64,000 nucleotides of DNA, from positions 96,001 through 160,000 of the IMG/VR virus record IMGVR_UViG_3300042997_002652; one strand, 5' to 3'. Under the pieces are notes generated by a model. The model made no database searches and was not told the DNA's origin. It saw nothing but the letters and a program-made list of their open reading frames with translations. The position numbers were made by a program, and so were the translations under genes. Shown here piece by piece: positions 10,068 through 19,510 of this stretch. Origin of the DNA: a virus (lineage: Duplodnaviria > Caudoviricetes). How positions within the stretch are numbered: the first letter of the stretch is position 1; the number at the start of each line of letters is the position of its first letter.

Positions 10068-10501
10068 ATAATCTCAAAATGTATATTCTTTAATTCGGGA
10101 CTAATGTTTAAAAATGTAGGTAAGTTACTTATTTCTAAACTGTCTTTTATCATAGGAACATTATCACAATCTGTGTATAACGAACCCAATTCATCTATGC
10201 CATTATCAAAAACGCTTGAATGATGTACTTCAAATTCAAAAGACCAGCAATATACCTTTTCTTTAGACAAGTATAATAATCCAAACTTATTAAATTCACT
10301 TAAGTTTATTTCTAACTTTTGAGGATCTTTTAACAGTTCAGGTTGTGATCGCAATGATATAATCTGTAGTATTGTATCAAAATTACATTGTGTATTTCTA
10401 GATTGCAACCAAGCTGCTACATCATCACTTGGCTTAGTGCGATTAGTCGTGCCGGTTCGTGTGATATTGAATAATGTATAACATCTAATTCTATGTGACA
10501 T
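10064..10501 (-). CDS. Hypothetical protein (start revised to 10501)
   Basis: The track's start at 10519 lies between the terminator and the TAAATA motif at 10507-10512. The ATG at 10501 follows that motif. Confidence 0.55.
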   Translation of the reverse strand: MSHRIRCYTLFNITRTGTTNRTKPSDDVAAWLQSRNTQCNFDTILQIISLRSQPELLKDPQKLEINLSEFNKFGLLYLSKEKVYCWSFEFEVHHSSVFDNGIDELGSLYTDCDNVPMIKDSLEISNLPTFLNISPELKNIHFEII

Positions 10502-10519
10502 AGATATATTTATTGGCAT

Positions 10520-10550
10520 AAAAAAACCCTGAGAAAAACTCAGGGTCTTT
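10520..10550 (-). terminator. Intrinsic terminator after 10573..10962
   Basis: Minus strand ACCCTGAG-TTTTT-CTCAGGGT followed by a T-tract. Confidence 0.85.
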
Positions 10551-10572
10551 TGTGTTGCGATTAACTAATAAA

Positions 10573-10962
10573 TTAGTTTGTGAATGTTGCAGTCGCAGCA
10601 ATAGATACAGCTTCACCGCATGCAGCAGTCAATTCAGCATCAAGTGAACCAGCAGCAGTAGCAGTTACATCGCCCCATGCACCAATTGGGTACATAGCTA
10701 CTGCTAAAGTGTCGTTAGTATCAGTAGTGAACTCATACATGTAAATTGTTGCTAATTGCTGAATAGTATTCACAGCAGCAAGAATCTGTGCACCAGTAGT
10801 ACCGGTACCGGTAAAGGTAATAGTTGCAAACTCAAGCTTTGGGCCCTGTGGCTGAACAGAAGCTGCTGAAGTTACAGTGTTAACACCAGTGTTAGTGTAT
10901 GCTGCGCTGTCTAAGTGTAGAACTGGTTTAAAGTCACCATTGACTCTTGTAAATTGTGCCAT
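10573..10962 (-). CDS. Small, probably abundant virion structural protein
   Basis: Ala/Thr-rich 129 aa, strong AAGGA RBS, own late motif (11008-11013) and terminator. Confidence 0.6.
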   Translation of the reverse strand: MAQFTRVNGDFKPVLHLDSAAYTNTGVNTVTSAASVQPQGPKLEFATITFTGTGTTGAQILAAVNTIQQLATIYMYEFTTDTNDTLAVAMYPIGAWGDVTATAAGSLDAELTAACGEAVSIAATATFTN

Positions 10963-11047
10963 TTTAAATATCCTTTAAATGTTTTGAAGCCTACTGCTCC
11001 ATACAAATATTTATGCCAAATAGAAAAAAATGCTGGTTTAGGATATA

Positions 11048-12901
11048 TTATTTGTTAAAATGGGCAGCTCCAAAACGCTGTCTGTCTACTATTTTAACTA
11101 AACCTGAATCAGTAGGAAATACGAATCCTTCTCCGCCTTTTTGCCCACCTGACGACTGTTCAAAGCCTTGAACTTGGTTTTCAAGTTGATTGGATACATT
11201 AACTTTTAGTTTGTATATTGCATTCCACACTTTGACAAGAGCATTCAATCCTTCTGCGTTTTGCTGTAAATAACCAGTACCGTCAGTTCCTACTAAGAAG
11301 TTATACTGTGATTTACTGATATTTTGAGATAACCATGGTACTAACTTATCGTTAGTTTGCTTGGTTATTTTATGATTCATGTATTTCTTTAATGCTTCAC
11401 GCGCAACGCTACTAAGTCCGCTTAAAAAGTCGTCTATAACTTTACTGTTTGTTGATAACACGCTTTCAGCATCATTAATTAGTTTAGCAGGAGGCTTAAT
11501 ATTGAATGTAACTCCGGCAGAAGCAGGTATCAAAGCTACATTAGATTTATTCATTGCTGGCTCACCGCGCCATGGTTTGTTATCAAACTCGTGAACGATT
11601 AAGAAGCCTACTTTTCCTTGAAGTTGTTTACCAAGATCAGACTCAACTGGTATGCGATACTCTACAGTAACCGGTTTAAACACAAAGTATCCGTTTTGTG
11701 GTTTGGGATTAATAGCCATTAAATCACTTTTAAATAAACCAGTAGTTCCAGATACAGCTTGCTTTAGTCCGGGCCATAATAAATCAATCTTTTCGTATAA
11801 GTCGTTTCTATTTGCGCCGCGCTGTTGATCATATTCAACCCATTCTTCGGGGCTAGTAGGATACACACCTTTGTTTGGCATGTACTTGTCAGTAACAACA
11901 AATCTACCGTCAGGTAAGTTACCAAAGTATAATGCTATCCCGCCGTCCCATTTAATACTACCAGATTCTGGACTACTAATAGCTTGTTTGAGTGCATTTA
12001 AATATTGTTTTGCACTGTCGCCACCGTCAAAAATAGCATCTTCAGGATGAGGTATTCTAGGTCCTTTAGCTTCTTCAGTAATAAAAGAATTTTCTACAAC
12101 TAAATTTCTAAACTTTGTTATGATATCGTATGCGCTTTCGTTAGCAGTATCGTTAAACTTGGGAGGTGTTATGCCACTTCTTGCTGCATATTCTTCAAAG
12201 TCTTTTAATTTTTGTTGTTTGTTGGGATCATTTTTTAGTTTCTTATAGATGTTTTCTACTGAACTCATATCATCAAGTGTACCATCTTTACCAAACAACA
12301 GTTTAGTAGCTACTTCTGGATCTAGTGTTACTAGTTCTCCGGTAGCTCTGTCAACTACGCCTTTGCCACTCAAACGCAATCCTTGAGGATGTTCACTAGT
12401 GATCGTGCCTTTAGCTACGCTGTTTAATGCTACTTCTCTAAATACACCTTTGTATTCGCTAGGGCTTCTCATACCTCCGCTAAGCAACCATGTTTCCCAT
12501 TCAAGATTGTTTAAAAACATAAAATCTGTTTGAACAAACCCTTTTTCAAAATTGCCTTCTATTGGTGTTGCAAAGTGTACAGATATACCAGACTTTTTTA
12601 CAAAGTCTTTTGGATCAAGATTATTTTGCGTAGCCCATGATTTTAGTTTGCTTTCTAGCTCTGCTTTACTTACTTCATTCGCATTTACTGCTAAGTCTAG
12701 ATCACCGCTAGTAGATTTTCTACCAGTAGAACCCAACCATTTAGCGGGTAAACCATCTTTAGCTTTTTCTTTAGTTAAATCTAATCCAGTAATACTTTCT
12801 AACCAATTAATAGTAGGCGCAACTTCATTCTGATTTATACGTCTAGTTAGCTCAGTACCGTCTTGTTGTTTAAAGATGTTTCCGCCTTCAGATATAAACA
12901 C
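11048..12901 (-). CDS. Two-domain protein: Pol-beta-superfamily nucleotidyltransferase fused to a ligase-like (KxDG) adenylation domain
   Basis: LGSTGRKSTSGDLDLAV and VQTDFMF in the N-half. SIKWDG, KSDLM, GEGFVF and LVKIVDR in the C-half. Confidence 0.65.
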   Translation of the reverse strand: MFISEGGNIFKQQDGTELTRRINQNEVAPTINWLESITGLDLTKEKAKDGLPAKWLGSTGRKSTSGDLDLAVNANEVSKAELESKLKSWATQNNLDPKDFVKKSGISVHFATPIEGNFEKGFVQTDFMFLNNLEWETWLLSGGMRSPSEYKGVFREVALNSVAKGTITSEHPQGLRLSGKGVVDRATGELVTLDPEVATKLLFGKDGTLDDMSSVENIYKKLKNDPNKQQKLKDFEEYAARSGITPPKFNDTANESAYDIITKFRNLVVENSFITEEAKGPRIPHPEDAIFDGGDSAKQYLNALKQAISSPESGSIKWDGGIALYFGNLPDGRFVVTDKYMPNKGVYPTSPEEWVEYDQQRGANRNDLYEKIDLLWPGLKQAVSGTTGLFKSDLMAINPKPQNGYFVFKPVTVEYRIPVESDLGKQLQGKVGFLIVHEFDNKPWRGEPAMNKSNVALIPASAGVTFNIKPPAKLINDAESVLSTNSKVIDDFLSGLSSVAREALKKYMNHKITKQTNDKLVPWLSQNISKSQYNFLVGTDGTGYLQQNAEGLNALVKVWNAIYKLKVNVSNQLENQVQGFEQSSGGQKGGEGFVFPTDSGLVKIVDRQRFGAAHFNK

Positions 12902-12925
12902 TATTATCTACTTCCTTATTAAATT

Positions 12926-13174
12926 TTAATTGTCTTCATCTTTTTTTCTTAAAGACTTAGAAAATCTTTCTTGGTCTCGACCCTTAATAGCACTTAGCAG
13001 TTTTCTTTCTAGTAGCTCAGCTTTTTCAGAGGAATAATGCTTTTTCATCAATTCTAACAGATTGATAGCACTTGAAATAACGTTGTTAGCACGGTTTTCA
13101 ATAAGAAGATTAACATCCTTATTGTTGCCTATACTTTCTAGTTCTTCTAAGAGACTGCGCGTTTTTTTCTGCAT
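12926..13174 (-). CDS. Hypothetical protein
   Basis: 82-aa ORF after the late motif at 13192-13197. Confidence 0.55.
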   Translation of the reverse strand: MQKKTRSLLEELESIGNNKDVNLLIENRANNVISSAINLLELMKKHYSSEKAELLERKLLSAIKGRDQERFSKSLRKKDEDN

Positions 13175-13204
13175 AGCAATAACCTTTATTATATTTATCT
13201 TAGA

Positions 13205-14623
13205 TTAATTATTCTTTAAGGAGTTTAGCATGTTTCTTAGCTTAGAACCTTGAACATCTGCTACTACTTTTTTCTCAGATTGTTGAATTTCACCAGTGTT
13301 AGCATCAATAGTTTCATTTTGAGATACTGTACTTACAGTTTTAATTTTGTTCATAATATCTGTAGCGGATTGACGATACCCAGCATTTTCATCACCGCCT
13401 TCATCTGTAATTCTCATAGTATCAATGTTATATTCTAAGTCAATCTTTTGACCAACACCAGTAGAACTACGTGATTTCATACACTGAATTTGATACTTGC
13501 CTCGCTCTTTCATTGATCTGCTAGTAAAGATACCAAACACATAGTCAGCAGTGTTAATCTTAGAAATACCACCTGCAATATGACTATGATCAAATTCAAT
13601 TTCTTCTACAGCCGATCTGTTTAGCTGTGATGCTGTAACCATTAAAACACCTAACTCTTTAGACAAGTTTCTTAATTCTTCACTAACATACTTGTCTTTG
13701 ATAAACTGATCATTAGGATTTACTTTAACACTAACAGGCATTACTAGATCCAAGTAATCAATCATTACAAAGTCTATTAGCATACCTGTTTGTATTTGTA
13801 CTTCTTTAATATAACTTCTGATTACGTTTACGTTGCTTTGTGCAGGAAGACCTTTAACACGATACTTACCTGACTTTTTAGCAGCCATTTTTACTTTTAA
13901 TTCTACTGTGTCTAAGTCTTTACGAATATCTTTAGTGCTCATGCTAGTTAACATAGCATCAGTTCTTAAAGCCGTTAGCTCTTCAGACAATTCAAGTGTA
14001 ATATAAACACCGCTTAATCCTTGTGCTAAAAAGTTCACAGCCAAGTTCATCATTACAAGTGACTTACCTGATCCTGAACCACCTGCAAAGATGTTTAGTT
14101 CGCCCCTAGACATACCACCATACATAACTTTGTCTAGTTGAGGCCACCCTGTGCTTACTTGACCGCCTTGATTAAAGTATCTGTTTAATCGTTCTTTAGG
14201 ATCAGCAAAGTAATCTGTACCATAATCACGCATTAAAGAAATTTGTACCGCATCTTTGATCAGTTTTTCAACTGGATCATATTCACCCTTTTCTAATAAC
14301 TCTGCTGCTTTTAAGATTGCTCGTTCTAGTTCTTGTCTTTTTGTAAAGTGTTCAAACTCAGTTAAGAAAAACTCGGTATGCCCTGCTGAGTCAAGTTCAG
14401 GGATTAGTTCAATTTCTATACCAGTAGTAGCTTTGATTTGCGTAGGATCAGGCAACACATTGTATTTTTGTGAATGTTCTACTATAAACTCTGCTGCCGC
14501 CCTAACTGATCTGTCAAAGTTTAGTGGGTTCATGATGTTCATTACCCTAGTATATAACTCAGGGTTAGTGATCATCATACGCAAAAATAGCGTTTGTACT
14601 TCGGGGTTAAATTCTTTTAACAA
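13205..14623 (-). CDS. gp41: Replicative DnaB-like helicase (T4 gp41-like)
   Basis: Walker A IFAGGSGSGKS, MIDYLDL, ASQLNRS, KSRSS motifs. Confidence 0.92.
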   Translation of the reverse strand: MLKEFNPEVQTLFLRMMITNPELYTRVMNIMNPLNFDRSVRAAAEFIVEHSQKYNVLPDPTQIKATTGIEIELIPELDSAGHTEFFLTEFEHFTKRQELERAILKAAELLEKGEYDPVEKLIKDAVQISLMRDYGTDYFADPKERLNRYFNQGGQVSTGWPQLDKVMYGGMSRGELNIFAGGSGSGKSLVMMNLAVNFLAQGLSGVYITLELSEELTALRTDAMLTSMSTKDIRKDLDTVELKVKMAAKKSGKYRVKGLPAQSNVNVIRSYIKEVQIQTGMLIDFVMIDYLDLVMPVSVKVNPNDQFIKDKYVSEELRNLSKELGVLMVTASQLNRSAVEEIEFDHSHIAGGISKINTADYVFGIFTSRSMKERGKYQIQCMKSRSSTGVGQKIDLEYNIDTMRITDEGGDENAGYRQSATDIMNKIKTVSTVSQNETIDANTGEIQQSEKKVVADVQGSKLRNMLNSLKNN

Positions 14624-15596
14624 GTTTTCGTTTCCTCATTTCTATTTTAATTTTGCTCATAGTTGCTGATTGTATAATACTTAGCAACACAGGTAATTTA
14701 CCATATTTTACTACAGCTTCGTTTACATCTTTAATTGGTTTACCTTCATTGTTCAGTCCCCATTCAGGTAAGCTTATTTGATATCCTAGCTCCATAGCTA
14801 GATCACATAACTCTAATCCTGTTTTGTCTTGATCAGGAACTACTATAATAGTTCTGTTTAACCTTCTTAACAATTCTTGTTGTTCTAAACTGATTGTACT
14901 GGTACCCAAAGCACAACCATCTATACTTAGTGCATCAAATATACCTTCAACAACGATGCAAATAGACCATTCAGGTTTTTGAAAGTCATAACCAAACAAA
15001 TATCCTGTTGGTTGATCATTAAGATACTTTGGTTTTCTATCGTCTAAAAATCTACTTGTATTACCAACAATCGTTCCTTTGTATGTAAAAGGAACAATGA
15101 TTCTGTTTGAGTTTCGTCCGATATCTTCCGTAGTAACTAAAAAAGGATATTCATCGTGTTTTATTTTTCTATTATTTAAGTAGTCTATAAATCTAGTGTG
15201 TTTTGAATTGTTAATATCTAACACTTCACTATTATCGGGAAGTTCTTTTTCTTTAAAGTTGATAGCTACATTTCTTACTGCGGGTGTAATATAGTCTAAT
15301 ATATCTTTATTTTGTAAACTTTCTAAACCGATCTTTGTGATCAAGCTTTCATCAGCGCCGCACCATTTTAGAAATAATTTAGTGTTTGTAGATAACGGTT
15401 TACCCAACTCAAATCTACATTTGAAATGGCAGTTAAAGCAACTGTATGTAAAGTTGTAGTTGTCTTTGATTAAACCGCCACGCATTCTTTTATCGGGCTT
15501 ATGTCCACGATAATGACAACAGGGTGAATTAAATGAAACCCAGCCCTTTGCTGTTGTTTTTCTTTTGCCGGGAATAATTGTTAATATATCAAACAT
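14607..15596 (-). CDS. gp61: DNA primase (T4 gp61-like)
   Basis: Zn-binding PCCH...YSCFNC and TOPRIM VVEGIFDAL / VVPDQDKTG, overlapping the helicase gene. Confidence 0.9.
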   Translation of the reverse strand: MFDILTIIPGKRKTTAKGWVSFNSPCCHYRGHKPDKRMRGGLIKDNYNFTYSCFNCHFKCRFELGKPLSTNTKLFLKWCGADESLITKIGLESLQNKDILDYITPAVRNVAINFKEKELPDNSEVLDINNSKHTRFIDYLNNRKIKHDEYPFLVTTEDIGRNSNRIIVPFTYKGTIVGNTSRFLDDRKPKYLNDQPTGYLFGYDFQKPEWSICIVVEGIFDALSIDGCALGTSTISLEQQELLRRLNRTIIVVPDQDKTGLELCDLAMELGYQISLPEWGLNNEGKPIKDVNEAVVKYGKLPVLLSIIQSATMSKIKIEMRKRKLVKRI

Positions 15597-15602
15597 TCAT
15601 TG

Positions 15603-15630
15603 ATTATAGCAGATTTCTATAATAAATCAA
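15603..15630 (-). promoter_or_regulatory. Sigma70-type early promoter for primase-helicase
   Basis: Minus strand TTGATT-16 bp-TATAAT with the same TCTGC spacer end as the early-region promoters. Confidence 0.7.
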
Positions 15631-15634
15631 GACA

Positions 15635-16402
15635 TTACCTTGCCAAGATGTTGTCTACTTCGCCCTGATCACTGTTAAATTGTAATCTTACAAATGGATG
15701 AAATCCAATGATTGTATATCCTTTTGTATCAGTGATATTGGAATAATTATCACTTTCAATGATAGTATACCATTCACCATCTGGTATTGTAGAACCCTGG
15801 ATGACTACATTACCTTCGTATTCATTATATTGTGCTTGAACAGTAAGGATAGGATTATCTTGGGTGTTAACTACACTAGTATAATATGTGTAGTTAGACG
15901 TAGTATTTGGATATGTGTTCGGGAAGTCTTGACCACTTGGAATAGTAACTATTTCTGAAGGAACAAAGGAAGGTAATATAGAATTTACAATATTTAGATC
16001 ACCCCTTGCTCCTGCATTTTGATCTATAAAAACAGGAAAATCAAATTGACCAGTGGGAATTTCTAAGCTATAATAAGCTTTTTGTGCTGAAATGTTTTCA
16101 ATTTCTGCCGCATTTAAGTCTAATGTTGCTATTCCGGTCACGGGTAATTGTAGTGTTAATGCTTTACTAACAAGCACTTTTGTACCGTCACCGTTTATAA
16201 TACGACAAGTAATAGACTTGCCCGTGATATTAACAGGTTTTTGTTCTTGATTTAAGAACTGAAAACGTAATTGATTATCAACCCCTTTGTGTAAACTTAA
16301 TGGCTTTGAATATTGTGGCATATATATCCTACTTGAGTATCCGGTATCAATGATAACAATCTGTGACTGTATGTATGTAAAAACTTGTGTTGCATAGGAC
16401 AT
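15635..16402 (-). CDS. Probable virion (baseplate/BppU-like) protein
   Basis: LHKGVDNQLRFQFLNQEQKPVNITG beta-rich motif and late motif at 16429-16434. Confidence 0.45.
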   Translation of the reverse strand: MSYATQVFTYIQSQIVIIDTGYSSRIYMPQYSKPLSLHKGVDNQLRFQFLNQEQKPVNITGKSITCRIINGDGTKVLVSKALTLQLPVTGIATLDLNAAEIENISAQKAYYSLEIPTGQFDFPVFIDQNAGARGDLNIVNSILPSFVPSEIVTIPSGQDFPNTYPNTTSNYTYYTSVVNTQDNPILTVQAQYNEYEGNVVIQGSTIPDGEWYTIIESDNYSNITDTKGYTIIGFHPFVRLQFNSDQGEVDNILAR

Positions 16403-16485
16403 GTTATCATTAATACCTTTGTTTTATATATTTAGTCTTAATAAATTATTTGATTTGATTTCAAACGGGAATAAATATTAACAAT

Positions 16486-16866
16486 ATGAGTGCAGAAGAT
16501 TTTTTCAAAAAATTAAGTGATAATCACCCGTTTATAACTGTGTGTCATTATGCCAGCCAAGATTATGTAGGTATAGTACAAAATCGGGACGATATAGTTA
16601 CCTCTATTTACGATTATGGATCAATAGTAGAGATAGGACTAAAAGAAAAGTTTTTAGAACTAGGTGACATTTGGTGGTGGGAATCAAATAGACTTATACC
16701 AATCAATATATTTTTGAAAGAAGATTGGGCCGTGTTCAAGCCATACTTACGAACATTTAATAACAAAAGTTTAGCAATATTACACGGACCTACTGTCAGC
16801 ATGACTGATTTAGGTAAGCGTAGATCAAAAAGAAGATCAATTACTTTAGTTAAACGCCTTTTCTAG
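16486..16866 (+). CDS. Conserved phage hypothetical protein
   Basis: 126-aa ORF after TAAATA at 16472-16477, divergent from the previous gene. Confidence 0.6.
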   Translation: MSAEDFFKKLSDNHPFITVCHYASQDYVGIVQNRDDIVTSIYDYGSIVEIGLKEKFLELGDIWWWESNRLIPINIFLKEDWAVFKPYLRTFNNKSLAILHGPTVSMTDLGKRRSKRRSITLVKRLF

Positions 16867-16869
16867 CTC

Positions 16870-17361
16870 TTATCTTTTTTCTCTTATCTTTTTTCTCTTT
16901 TCTTTTGCTCGTTCTAGTACAAGCTTGCCTACTCTATCATCAAAGCATATAGAATTTAAATGATCCAGCTCATGCTGATAGACCCTAGCCATTAAACCAT
17001 TAAATTCTTGTTGTACTTTCTCACCAGCAACATTGTAATACTCTACTGAGATATCTTTGTATCGTTCTACATACATCCAAAGATCAGGAAAGCTCAAGCA
17101 TCCTTCTTGCTCTCTCACTCTTTCGCTACCTGAGATAATTTCTGGATTGATACATGCTACTAAATGATCAGAATTACCCATAACAAATATGCGTTTAGCA
17201 ATACCGCACTGAGGCGCAGCTAAACCTATGCCGTTATGTAAAACCATTAGCTTGGACATAGCCTTAACTAATTCACTGGGATCACCGTCTTTTTCCCAGT
17301 CCCACGATTCAGCTACTTCTCTTAGTACTTCGCTATCTTCAGGTATAAGTTTAAGATCCAT
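16870..17361 (-). CDS. def: Peptide deformylase
   Basis: GIGLAAPQ, EGCLS and QHELDHL motifs. Confidence 0.95.
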   Translation of the reverse strand: MDLKLIPEDSEVLREVAESWDWEKDGDPSELVKAMSKLMVLHNGIGLAAPQCGIAKRIFVMGNSDHLVACINPEIISGSERVREQEGCLSFPDLWMYVERYKDISVEYYNVAGEKVQQEFNGLMARVYQHELDHLNSICFDDRVGKLVLERAKEKRKKIREKR

Positions 17362-17932
17362 GTTGTTCCTCTTTTATTAAATTCATATGTACGGCAACCA
17401 ACCATGCATAACCCAAACTATGTGACTTTTTAAAGCTATAGCCATCACTGCCTTTGTCCCACACTGTTTTGTTTACTTCTTGCCAAGTTTTTCCTATCAA
17501 ATGACGTTTCGCTGGTCTTATTACTGCTAAGAACATAGCTAACCGTGGTATACTATCTATTGGTTCAGGCATCTTTCTAATCGTATCATACTGACCATTC
17601 AAGTGTATAAGTTGTTCTACTATATCTCGCTTAGTTAGCATAGTCCAATCAGGTTCACGCATCAAACTAATCAAGTGTTCTTCACTTTTTACTTTTTCGT
17701 AAACGTGAACATTTAAGATATCTAACTTAAAGTATCCCCTTTCTTCTGCCTCTTCATAAGAAATAGCTGCAATTTCATTTATAGGATCATATGGTATGTT
17801 GCATGGATATATACCAGAAGCGTGTTTTCTAATAGGTGTAATATTACGCATAGAAGCAGGTATATGTTTGATCTTTTCCAAGATCAAATCTCTATTACCT
17901 ACGTCAATGTCTACGTCAAAGTTTAATTTCAC
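17351..17932 (-). CDS. Miniature DnaE (Pol III alpha, family C)-like polymerase core, 193 aa
   Basis: Collinear DnaE motifs FDVDID, KHASG, FKLDIL, LAVIRP and GYSFKKSHSLGY. Confidence 0.75.
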   Translation of the reverse strand: MKLNFDVDIDVGNRDLILEKIKHIPASMRNITPIRKHASGIYPCNIPYDPINEIAAISYEEAEERGYFKLDILNVHVYEKVKSEEHLISLMREPDWTMLTKRDIVEQLIHLNGQYDTIRKMPEPIDSIPRLAMFLAVIRPAKRHLIGKTWQEVNKTVWDKGSDGYSFKKSHSLGYAWLVAVHMNLIKEEQHGS

Positions 17933-18495
17933 GGTTTCATTAATCCAGCGGCTATTAACTTTTGATAAGCATCTTGTACTACAATCGCTTGATGTTCGGC
18001 GTCTTCTACTGCATTGTGCGTAGTTTTAGTACCATACTTTTTATCTTTTAGTTTCACACCGGCTATTTCAAATAGTGTTCTAGTGTCTCTTACTGTATAG
18101 AAAGGCCATGGTATTGGATTTGGTTTATCAGTTAAAGTTTGTCTAAACGCTGTTTCCATAACTACTACGTCAAAAGGGGCACCGTTTGACCACACAGCAT
18201 CTTGATTCCAACAATAATGATATAACACTTCCATGCATTCTTTTAATGACATTCTACCCTGTTCATTAAACGCTGCGTTTAGTGCTTCAGGAGATTGTTG
18301 CGACCACCATCTGAGAGTATCTTCATTAATGATTCTGTTATATACTTCAGTTTGATCTTCAATAGTAGGTTTTAGTTCTAATCTATCAAGCACACCAGTT
18401 CCTTTTGGGTTAAACTTTACTACACCAATAGTAAGAATAACACAATTGGGTGATGTGTCTAAAGATTCTATATCTATCATCAAATGAGAGGGCAT
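17929..18495 (-). CDS. DEDDh 3'-5' exonuclease (DnaQ superfamily)
   Basis: LMIDIESL, WSNGAPFD and HNAVEDA motifs. 4-nt overlap with the mini-polymerase. Confidence 0.88.
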   Translation of the reverse strand: MPSHLMIDIESLDTSPNCVILTIGVVKFNPKGTGVLDRLELKPTIEDQTEVYNRIINEDTLRWWSQQSPEALNAAFNEQGRMSLKECMEVLYHYCWNQDAVWSNGAPFDVVVMETAFRQTLTDKPNPIPWPFYTVRDTRTLFEIAGVKLKDKKYGTKTTHNAVEDAEHQAIVVQDAYQKLIAAGLMKP

Positions 18496-18496
18496 A

Positions 18497-18796
18497 TCAT
18501 TCCCATCTTAGTTTAGCTAACATATATTCTTTATCGGTCTTTAAGTAAATAGCGCGTTTGCTGTCCTTGCTATCGTTAGCCCAAGCCCATATTGGCCAGT
18601 CTTCGTCATGTGCCCAAGCATCGTGTAACTCATAACTACGTCCCCAAATTACTTCACACCATTGTCTAATTTCATTAAACGTCTTGATTTGGTCCCGAGA
18701 ATTCATACCATGAGTCTCTATCATATATTGATAAATATTACCGCCGTTGTATCTTCTGTCTATCTTTTTAAATGTTATTATTCGCATAGTTTCCAA
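18497..18796 (-). CDS. Small hypothetical protein, LRWE-ending family
   Basis: Ends YLKTDKEYMLAKLRWE, one of four tandem similar ORFs. Confidence 0.6.
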   Translation of the reverse strand: METMRIITFKKIDRRYNGGNIYQYMIETHGMNSRDQIKTFNEIRQWCEVIWGRSYELHDAWAHDEDWPIWAWANDSKDSKRAIYLKTDKEYMLAKLRWE

Positions 18797-19029
18797 TGGA
18801 CATATATTTTATCGTTTATTGTAACACGTTTACTAGTCAACCACCAATCTTTTAGGTAACCTTTGTTAGGATATTTTTCCCATAACCAATCTTCTAAAGC
18901 TCTAGTCCAGTCACACTGAATAAAGATTTGTTCTTGCCATTCATTATTAATGAAAATCTTTTTCCTGATTTTTCGGTTGGTAGGAACATAATCAATTATG
19001 TCTACATGATCGTAATAATTGAAACCCAT
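18778..19029 (-). CDS. Small hypothetical protein, divergent member of the LRWE family
   Basis: Ends IYVHWKLCE. Trp-rich with a LEDWLWE helix. Confidence 0.55.
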   Translation of the reverse strand: MGFNYYDHVDIIDYVPTNRKIRKKIFINNEWQEQIFIQCDWTRALEDWLWEKYPNKGYLKDWWLTSKRVTINDKIYVHWKLCE

Positions 19030-19293
19030 TTATTCCCACCTCAATAAAAACCATTCATAATCTTTAGACTGTTCAAACGCTATACGATTATCAAACCAAC
19101 GATGTTCACCTATAGTGTTTTGTTTTACCCATTCTATCACTTCATCAAGTTGCTGATAAGAAATTATTGCACCATGCCACCCACTTGTGATACACAAATT
19201 GTATAATAACTCTTGATCTAAACGATTACGAATATTATTCGCCATCTCAGTTAGAATCTCATCATGCTCGTTTTGTGACAAGCTCATTCCCAC
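19030..19293 (-). CDS. Small hypothetical protein, LRWE-ending family
   Basis: Ends AFEQSKDYEWFLLRWE. Confidence 0.6.
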   Translation of the reverse strand: MGMSLSQNEHDEILTEMANNIRNRLDQELLYNLCITSGWHGAIISYQQLDEVIEWVKQNTIGEHRWFDNRIAFEQSKDYEWFLLRWE

Positions 19294-19508
19294 CTCAGTT
19301 TAAACCAAATTCTATGTTCTTCTATTGGTACATACCAAATATCAGATATACTAAACAATTCGGAACCTTGGTATTCTATCTTTATATCACAATCTTCAGC
19401 CCACTTCCAAACTTGTTTTCGCATGGTCCAATGTGAACATACTAAACAACTTTTGGGTATGTTTAGTTGCTTTGATACATCATCTAATGAATATATCTGT
19501 TCGCTCAA
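19284..19508 (-). CDS. Small hypothetical protein, LRWE-ending family
   Basis: Ends EEHRIWFKLRWE. Confidence 0.6.
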   Translation of the reverse strand: MSEQIYSLDDVSKQLNIPKSCLVCSHWTMRKQVWKWAEDCDIKIEYQGSELFSISDIWYVPIEEHRIWFKLRWE

Positions 19509-19510
19509 CT

